Below the pieces are notes generated by a model. The model saw only the letters and a list, made by a program, of their open reading frames with translations. It was not told the origin of the DNA and made no database searches. 64,000 nt of DNA from an uncultured Verrucomicrobiae bacterium (GTDB lineage: Bacteria; Verrucomicrobiota; Verrucomicrobiia; Chthoniobacterales; JAFAMB01): positions 96,001 to 160,000 of the forward strand of contig CAVXLD010000011.1 of the NCBI GenBank assembly GCA_963762565.1, written 5' to 3'. Every line of letters starts with the position of its first letter. The first letter of the stretch is position 1. Position numbers and translations under genes: made by a program. Shown here one piece after another: positions 57,466-64,000 of this stretch.

Positions 57466-58764
57466 TCACGTTCCTTTATTCGCTACCCAACGGTCTAAAT
57501 TCGGCAGAAAAACCGTAAGCAGTCCCAGCAAGGGTAGGAAGGAACAGACATGATAAACAAAGTTGATACTGGTCAGATCCGCTAGCTGGCCGAGCACCGC
57601 CGAGCCTAATCCTCCCATCCCGAAGGCGAGTCCGTAAAAGATACCGCCGATCATTCCCACTTTTCCCGGGACCAGTTCTTGTGCATAAACGATGATCGCG
57701 GAGAAAGCGGAAGCTAGAATCAATCCAATGATCACAGACAGTACGCAGGTCCAGAACAAATCCGCATAGGGCAACAAGATGGTGAACGGAGTTACTCCCA
57801 AGATCGAGAACCAGATAACCAGTTTTCTACCATAGCGATCACCAATTGGTCCGCCGATAATTGTGCCGATCGCGACCGCGAACAGGAACAGGAAGAGCAA
57901 CATCTGCGAGCTCTGAACCGATAAATGAAACCGGTCGATTAGATAGAACGTGTAGTAGCTGCTGATACTAGCCAAATAAAAGTACTTGGAGAATATCAGT
58001 GCCGCCAAGATTGAAATAATCGCAAACACCTTCCATCGCGGTATCGGTGGCCGGCTTGATGAATGGCGGGCGGATTTCTTTTGCTGCGATCTTCTAATCT
58101 TTTGGTACCAAAGCCCGACTCGGCTGAGGACGAGAATGGCAACAAGGGCAAGAATCGAAAACCAGGCGATGCTGTGTTGTCCCCATGGGACCACGACCAT
58201 GGCTGCGAGCGCAGGCCCAAGCGCTGTGCCCATGTAACCCCCAAGTTGAAATACCGATTGAGCCAAACCGTGACGTCCGCCCGAACTAAAACGAGCAAGA
58301 CGCGTAGCTTCAGGATGAAAGATCGAAGACCCGACTCCCACCAGGCCCGCTGCCAATAGGATGATCGCGTAATTCCAGGCTTGAGATAGCAAGAGCAACC
58401 CGCAGAGGCTGACCCCCATTCCGATCGCAAGCGAAAACGGTTTGGGTTTATGATCGGTGTACACGCCGACCAATGGTTGCAAAAGAGACGAAGTCAGTTG
58501 GAAGGTTAACGTGATCAGGCCAATTTGGCCGAAATCTAAACGGAACGCGGTCTTGAGAACCGGGTATATGGCTGGGATCAACGATTGAACGGTATCGTTC
58601 AGGAGATGGGAAAAACAAAGGCTGATGAGGATGGTAGTGACTACCTTCTCACGGTCGTGGGGATCCGGTGGCGGTAGCGTGGGCGAAGGCAAACCGGTGT
58701 TCTCTGCGAAATCGGGAGTGGCGATGCGGCTGTCCAAATCGGGTCGGGGACTTCTTGTTTCCAT
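57466..58764 (-). CDS. Fsr (fosmidomycin resistance)-type MFS transporter
   Basis: SHLLNDTVQSLIPAIYP, FHPEA, GGPIGDRYGRK. Confidence 0.9.
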   Translation of the reverse strand: METRSPRPDLDSRIATPDFAENTGLPSPTLPPPDPHDREKVVTTILISLCFSHLLNDTVQSLIPAIYPVLKTAFRLDFGQIGLITLTFQLTSSLLQPLVGVYTDHKPKPFSLAIGMGVSLCGLLLLSQAWNYAIILLAAGLVGVGSSIFHPEATRLARFSSGGRHGLAQSVFQLGGYMGTALGPALAAMVVVPWGQHSIAWFSILALVAILVLSRVGLWYQKIRRSQQKKSARHSSSRPPIPRWKVFAIISILAALIFSKYFYLASISSYYTFYLIDRFHLSVQSSQMLLFLFLFAVAIGTIIGGPIGDRYGRKLVIWFSILGVTPFTILLPYADLFWTCVLSVIIGLILASAFSAIIVYAQELVPGKVGMIGGIFYGLAFGMGGLGSAVLGQLADLTSINFVYHVCSFLPLLGLLTVFLPNLDRWVANKGT

Positions 58765-58906
58765 TTATTTGCGTTTGTAAGTCTAGGCGTGTTCCACGGC
58801 TCCGACCGATTCGGCCTTGCAAGCGAGGCGCGCTCCACAGTCCAATAATCAAAATAGATGGACTTTGGCGTACGTCTCGGGGTATTCTGACAAAAAGTAG
58901 GGCAAA

Positions 58907-59674
58907 ATGGACAGATTGCCCCGAATGCATAGCGATCCGGACAGCGTGCCATGTCCCGCCTTCGTCCGGTCTCAACGTTATAAGGCAGGCGAGATTCCGG
59001 TTCACCGGCATAAACGCGGTCAGCTTCTCTGTGCCAGCGAAGGAGTGCTTACGGTTAGAACGGAAGACGGTCTGTGGGTCATCCCGCCACAGCGAGCGGT
59101 CTGGATAGCCCCAGGGACGCTCCATGCCGTCAGGTCCAGCAAAAGTTTTCGCCTGATCGCTTTGTGGGTTGAACCCGGATTCGCCAATCTCTCCCGGCGT
59201 TGTTGTGTGGTGAACGTTGATGGACTAATGGCGGAGCTGCTAAAAGCTGCAGCAGGATTTGGCGCCGACTATCGTCCTGGAAGTCCCGAAGAACGTTTGA
59301 TTCGCGTGCTCTTAGATCGGCTAAACAAGCTAACTATTGTTCCCCTATTCTTACCTGAGCCTCGCGACGAGCGGCTCAAGCGGATTACGCATGCCATGGC
59401 GGCTGATTTACAAAGCACGACCTCTCTCGACGTCTGGGCACGAAAAGCCGGGATTACTTTGCGCACGGCTGCCAGATTGTTTCGACAGCAAACCGGCATG
59501 AGTTTCGGTCAATGGCGGTTACAGCTCCGCCTATTGACCGCTTTAGAACAGTTAGCCAAAGGCGAAGCCGTTTCCAACGTTGCGTTGAATGTCGGTTACG
59601 CTGATGTCTCTTCCTTCATCGCCGTATTTAAATCTGCGTTAGGCCGGACTCCGGCGAAATATTTTCGGCAGTAG
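58907..59674 (+). CDS. AraC family regulator (cupin + HTH), divergent from the MFS gene
   Basis: HRHKRGQL, WVIPPQRAVW, VGYADVSSFIAVFK..LGRTPAKY. Confidence 0.92.
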   Translation: MDRLPRMHSDPDSVPCPAFVRSQRYKAGEIPVHRHKRGQLLCASEGVLTVRTEDGLWVIPPQRAVWIAPGTLHAVRSSKSFRLIALWVEPGFANLSRRCCVVNVDGLMAELLKAAAGFGADYRPGSPEERLIRVLLDRLNKLTIVPLFLPEPRDERLKRITHAMAADLQSTTSLDVWARKAGITLRTAARLFRQQTGMSFGQWRLQLRLLTALEQLAKGEAVSNVALNVGYADVSSFIAVFKSALGRTPAKYFRQ

Positions 59675-60203
59675 CCGCTCCCATGGAGGGATCGCGTCCT
59701 CGCGATCAGTTGTTCTCGAAGCCCAGGACGTGATCTGATCGCGGACGAGAATATCTTTTTAGATAGTGCCACGTCCTCCGGCGCGGGGGACGCGCGCCCT
59801 CCCCGATCGGGGCGCTGCCTTCCCACATTCTAGAACAAAGTAAATCTCGCAGCTCCCGCATCTCTCAAGACACCCGAGAGTGCAGCCAGACGATACAGCG
59901 ACCAGGTTCGGGTATACTGCATGGTTTTTTTGCAAAATCCTGGATAACTCGTCTGCTGTGGCTGAAGGAGAGAACCGATCGCCGAACGTGCTCTCTGACC
60001 TATGTCGCTCTTTTCGACAGAGTAGTGACAGCGACGAAACATTCGAAGAGGCCGAGTTACTTGCCTGGTACAACAGCTGCTAAATATGAATGTCAAAGCA
60101 GTAATATTGGAATACCGGCAGTTCCCGGGGCAGAGACTGTCAGTGAGCGACCTTGAGCGGCACGTTGTAGGATCAGTAACCGGGCGCTGTCACTTAGGAG
60201 TTT

Positions 60204-60446
60204 ATGCAAACGCTTGCTTTCCTTTGGGGTGAGTTGAAAACAGCTAAACGCCAGCTTAACGAAACTCTGACGGATAGTCAGGAAACTGGTGAGAAGAATT
60301 TAGCAGCTCGAAAAGAGGTTCGACCGGAGCCGACCGAGATCGGTACGAAAGAACAAGTCACGGATCAAAGCACAGAGCGCTGCAAGAACGAAAAACCGCG
60401 CCAGCGTTCTTCACCATCCGACGGCTGCTCTTGGGCTAGGGTTTAG
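60204..60446 (+). CDS. Small hypothetical protein
   Basis: AGGAG RBS before ATG; no recognisable domain. Confidence 0.35.
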   Translation: MQTLAFLWGELKTAKRQLNETLTDSQETGEKNLAARKEVRPEPTEIGTKEQVTDQSTERCKNEKPRQRSSPSDGCSWARV

Positions 60447-60696
60447 TCTGGCGGTTTGGGGAGACTAACCAGGCTATGTAATACGCGTCTCCATTTTGAA
60501 GGCAAATCGAGGCGCTCCTTTACCAACGAGCGTGAACGCCGACAACGGACAAGAAAGGGGGAGGGCGCGCGTCCCCGCGCGCCGCGAAGACGTTCAGAGT
60601 CCCCAGGCGTGATCTCATTTCTTGATCGACAAGCACTCGCGGCTCTGCACGAACGAAGGATCGCGGGGACGCGATCCCTCCCAGCGCCGGGGCCTC

Positions 60697-61716
60697 CTAC
60701 GCGACTCGGACCAGTAGCTTCCCAAAATTTTCTCCCCGGAAGAGTTTTAAAAACGCCTTTGGGGCATTCTGCAGTCCTTCAACAATATCTTCGCGGTATT
60801 TGATCCGCTTCTCCCGCACCCAACGGCTCATGTCATTCAAGAATGTGGTCTGCTGGTCGGCAAAATCGCCGCTGAGAAAGCCGCGCACTGTCAAGCGGTG
60901 GCTCAGGATCGCTCGCAGCAGGAGCGGCACTTGATTCGGCCCGTCCGGCAACTGCGTATCATTATAGTGGGCAATCAATCCGCACACCGAAATTCTGGCA
61001 AAGTCGTTGAGCAGAGGTAAAACCGCTTCGAAGACTTTGCCTCCTACATTCTCAAAATAAACGTCGATCCCTTTTGGACAGACTCGTTCCAGCTCACGAG
61101 GTAGCTCCGGTTGGTAGTGGCTGATGCAAGTGTCGAAGCCAAGCTCGCTGACGACGTACTCGCACTTTTCTTGGGCGCCGGCTATTCCCACCACCTGGCA
61201 TCCTTTGATTTTCGCGATCTGCCCCACGATGGCTCCAACCGCGCCGGCGGCAGCGGATACTACTACTGTTTCGCCGAGTTTTGGTTGCCCGACGCTGAGG
61301 AGTCCGAAGTAGGCGGTTCTACCGGGCATGCCGAGAACGCCTAGAGCAGTCGAGATCGGCCCCAACGCAGGGTCCACCTTTCGCATGCCGGTCCCATCGG
61401 ATAATGCATACTCCTGCCAGCCCGTTCGTCCTTCCACAATGTCACCCGGAGTAAAGTCTTCCAGTTTCGAGGCGATCACTTCGCTAACTGTCCCTCCAAC
61501 CATAACATCCCCGATCGCGACGGATGGTGCATAAGACTTCCGGTCGCTCATGCGCCCGCGCATGTAAGGATCAAGTGATAACCAAAGTGTCCGCAACGAC
61601 ATCTGGCCCGGTTGCGGATCTTCCAGCCCAACTTCGGAAAAAGTGAAATCGGCTTCGCTAGGTTCTCCCGTGGGACGGCGCGCCAACAAGAGACGGCGAT
61701 TCTTTATAGTGCCCAT
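60697..61716 (-). CDS. NADP-dependent oxidoreductase (YncB/CurA, prostaglandin reductase-like MDR)
   Basis: LARRPTG, LSLDPYMRGRM, GMPGRTAYFGL, VSAAAGAVG, YFENVGG. Confidence 0.93.
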   Translation of the reverse strand: MGTIKNRRLLLARRPTGEPSEADFTFSEVGLEDPQPGQMSLRTLWLSLDPYMRGRMSDRKSYAPSVAIGDVMVGGTVSEVIASKLEDFTPGDIVEGRTGWQEYALSDGTGMRKVDPALGPISTALGVLGMPGRTAYFGLLSVGQPKLGETVVVSAAAGAVGAIVGQIAKIKGCQVVGIAGAQEKCEYVVSELGFDTCISHYQPELPRELERVCPKGIDVYFENVGGKVFEAVLPLLNDFARISVCGLIAHYNDTQLPDGPNQVPLLLRAILSHRLTVRGFLSGDFADQQTTFLNDMSRWVREKRIKYREDIVEGLQNAPKAFLKLFRGENFGKLLVRVA

Positions 61717-61844
61717 GGGGTATTGTTCGCCTGACATCGAACGATTGCAACGGGGGGAACGCCGTGAACGAGCAAGAACTGGTTTCTGCGTCCTTGGCCC
61801 GCCCCGCGGCCGCGGGGCTCGCTCGCGTTCGTCCTCGCTCGTTG

Positions 61845-62810
61845 TTAAACGGCCGGCAAGTGCTTTCCTAAAAAGGTTCGCATCAGTCCGGCGATAACAT
61901 CCCAATCTTCCTCCAGCGCGAAGTGTCCGGTATCGAGCAAATGTAGTTCCGCCTTCGGGAGGTCACGGAGATAAGCCTCTGCGCCCGCTGCCGGAAAGAT
62001 CGCATCGTTCTTCCCCCAAACGATGAGTGTCGGCGGTTGATACTTTCTAAAGAACTCTTGCCATTGTGGATAAGCGGCCGGATTTGATCCGTACGAGTAA
62101 AAGAGGGCCAATTGGATCGACTCTTGCCCGGACCTCTTTAGCAAAGCGTCGTCAATGGTCCAGGTGTCAGGATCGATCTTTTCTGGTTGGCGAACGCCGT
62201 GAGTATACTGCCACTTGGTCGCCTCAAGTGTGAGTCCCTGGCGCACAGCGGCCTCATTTTCGGGGCTCTTGTCGGCCCAGAATTTTTTGATCGGTGTCCA
62301 GAAATCATTGTTGATGCCGTCCGTATAAGCGTTCCCGTTTTGCACGATGAGAGCTTGGACTCGCTCCGGGTGGCGCACTGCGAGTCGATAACCAACCGGA
62401 GCGCCATAGTCTTGCACGTAGAGACTGTATTTCTTCAATCCTAGTTGAGACACAAAAGCGTCCACGATGTCGGCAAGATGATCGAAGTTGTATTGGAATT
62501 GATCCGCTGGCGGGGCCGCACTGTAGCCAAAGCCCGGGTAGTCGGGTGCGATCAGGTGATACCGATCGGCGAGTGCTGGGATGAGGTTACGGAACATTCG
62601 GGAAGAAGTTGGGAAACCGTGGAGCAGCAAAATGACCGGTGCATCCTTGGGGCCAGCCTCTCGATAGAAAATGTTCAGTCCGTCCACCTCGACAGTTCGA
62701 TAGAAGGTGGGCGCTGGGCTGGTGTGATTTGCAGCTTGGGCAGCGACTCCGAGGGGGAGTAAGCTGCTAAACGCGCTAGCGAAGAGCCAGGGTTGAAAAA
62801 GGAATTTCAT
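61845..62810 (-). CDS. Exported alpha/beta hydrolase (haloalkane dehalogenase/epoxide hydrolase-like)
   Basis: [19 protein letters not shown]; signal peptide. Confidence 0.9.
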   Translation of the reverse strand: MKFLFQPWLFASAFSSLLPLGVAAQAANHTSPAPTFYRTVEVDGLNIFYREAGPKDAPVILLLHGFPTSSRMFRNLIPALADRYHLIAPDYPGFGYSAAPPADQFQYNFDHLADIVDAFVSQLGLKKYSLYVQDYGAPVGYRLAVRHPERVQALIVQNGNAYTDGINNDFWTPIKKFWADKSPENEAAVRQGLTLEATKWQYTHGVRQPEKIDPDTWTIDDALLKRSGQESIQLALFYSYGSNPAAYPQWQEFFRKYQPPTLIVWGKNDAIFPAAGAEAYLRDLPKAELHLLDTGHFALEEDWDVIAGLMRTFLGKHLPAV

Positions 62811-62820
62811 GGTTTAGGAG

Positions 62821-62838
62821 TAACCGAACGTTCGGTTA
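62821..62838. promoter_or_regulatory. TetR-type operator
   Basis: Perfect palindrome TAACCGAACGTTCGGTTA directly upstream of the hydrolase gene. Confidence 0.85.
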
Positions 62839-62980
62839 TTTTCAAGCGAAAATAAATTCAACTGCGTCCAGCCGCGACTATCGGACTTTGCCTCGCGGCG
62901 TGCGGGGACGCGCGCCCTCCCCGAATTGCACCCCTCCAAAGCGGGGTTGGACGTGCTTTCAGGGACCCCGAAAAATGGTT

Positions 62981-63544
62981 CTAGTTCTTAGCCTCGATAC
63001 GCTTTCCCAATCTTTTCAGTGCTCGGCGAAAAATCTCCGGGTTGTCACTAGCGCGTGCGAGTATTAGCGAGCCTTCGATCGTAATCACAACTTCTTCCGC
63101 CCAAACCGCCGCCTTAGCTGGCGAGAGTCCAGCTTCCCGTCCGAGGCCGGTCAACGCTTCAAGCCAATGATTGACGGCTGCCAAAAGCGATTCCCGATAA
63201 AGTGGACCTGCTTCGCCCAAGGAAAGCGTATCCAGCACACAAGAGAGCTTTCCATCCTCATAAAACCTCCGGACGCCCCCCAGCATTCTAGTAAAGCGGG
63301 TGTCGACTGGACCGGGCTCTCGAACAGCGGCCAGCACTTCGGCCTCAAATGAACGACCGATCTCGGCCAGCACTTCGCCTCCCATCTGCACTTTTCCGTC
63401 GGGGAATTTCTGATACAGGCTGGCTTTCCCTAAGCCGACCGCTCCCGCTAAATCGGCTAAAGTAGCGCCGGTGTAGCCGTCACGACGGAAGACGTGGCTG
63501 AGTTTCTGCAGGATTTCTTGGCGGCTGGTTCGGCTTGGTCGCAC
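62981..63544 (-). CDS. TetR/AcrR family regulator
   Basis: FRRDGYTGATLADLAGAVGLGKASLYQKFPDGK. Confidence 0.93.
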   Translation of the reverse strand: MRPSRTSRQEILQKLSHVFRRDGYTGATLADLAGAVGLGKASLYQKFPDGKVQMGGEVLAEIGRSFEAEVLAAVREPGPVDTRFTRMLGGVRRFYEDGKLSCVLDTLSLGEAGPLYRESLLAAVNHWLEALTGLGREAGLSPAKAAVWAEEVVITIEGSLILARASDNPEIFRRALKRLGKRIEAKN

Positions 63545-63553
63545 AGGCCACGA

Positions 63554-63571
63554 TAACCGATCGTTCGGTTA
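63554..63571. promoter_or_regulatory. TetR autoregulatory operator
   Basis: TAACCGATCGTTCGGTTA (one mismatch to the 62821 site), lying across the TTGAGC-17-TATCGT promoter on the minus strand. Confidence 0.85.
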
Positions 63572-63639
63572 GGCTCAAGCTCGGTGCGACGTGGACGTGA
63601 TAGGTGATTTGTGACACACGCATCGCATGCCCCAAGGTT

Positions 63640-63764
63640 TGGAGGGGAGCCGCTTTGGCCTTTGTCCCGGGAGCCGCCTGCTTTCTACGCGTATAGGTCG
63701 GGGTCATATTAAGGCGCGAAACGTGGAACGTCGGCCCGGCACACGCCAAAGCGGCTCCCCTCCA
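63640..63764. repeat. Hairpin element with 20-bp inverted arms
   Basis: TGGAGGGGAGCCGCTTTGGC / GCCAAAGCGGCTCCCCTCCA. Confidence 0.8.
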
Positions 63765-63950
63765 GGCGCTGGGCGGCTTCTGCACGCTGCGGATTTGCAA
63801 ACCTTTCTGTGTTCGGCCCCGAGGACGACTAGCCCGAGAACGAAGCGGAGCAATAGCAGAGGTGCTACTGCATCCGCGCTCCGCAGGTTCCAAGGCCATT
63901 TGCTATCTGCTATTTGCTATTGAACGAGCTTCAGGCGAGTTCAGGCCCAA

Positions 63951-64000
63951 ATGAAGGTTGAACGTGTGAAATATGTGATCTGGGCCGTGGATCCGAAACG
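63951..64000 (+). CDS. Possible VOC/glyoxalase family protein, N-terminal fragment
   Basis: MKVERVKYVIWAVDPK...; runs off the right edge. Confidence 0.45.
   Translation, partial: MKVERVKYVIWAVDPK

Noticed and set aside
59830..60200. Riboswitch or ncRNA in long intergenic region (also ~14100 and ~42715)
   Set aside because: Only partial motif resemblance (glycine- or TPP-like words); no complete consensus could be built by eye, so an Rfam search is needed

Overview
Bacterial chromosomal window of roughly uniform, moderately high GC. The gene content and repeat style suggest a soil Verrucomicrobia (Chthoniobacterales-like) genome; this is an inference. In order it contains: the end of an RND adaptor gene and a Bcr/CflA MFS; a LacI-controlled alpha-galactoside uptake operon (2 permeases, 2 binding proteins, GH4); a four-helix-bundle gene; a kinase-pseudokinase-PEGA protein; a metallophosphoesterase and a Tat ferritin-like protein. 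The centre is a ~25-kb envelope cluster: mini-TpsA, 4.1-kaa TpsA with DUF3739, TpsB, DUF2341/LamG-ExbB, ExbD, TonB, Porin_5, a coiled-coil protein and PpiC, with a divergent PstS/DING-like protein and Pho-box-like sites. It resembles the P. aeruginosa phosphate-starvation pdtAB region. The right part holds two tRNA-Pro genes, an ABC-2 exporter, a PPK1 homologue lacking its catalytic His, hydrolases, a GxxExxY gene, an Fsr-type MFS with AraC, and a TetR regulon. Many intergenic gaps hold hairpin elements with inverted arms built from 7-10-nt tandem repeats, or REP doublets. Some enclose cargo genes (GxxExxY, four-helix bundle), some are translated into protein N-termini, and one interrupts a permease gene such that its precise removal restores the reading frame.
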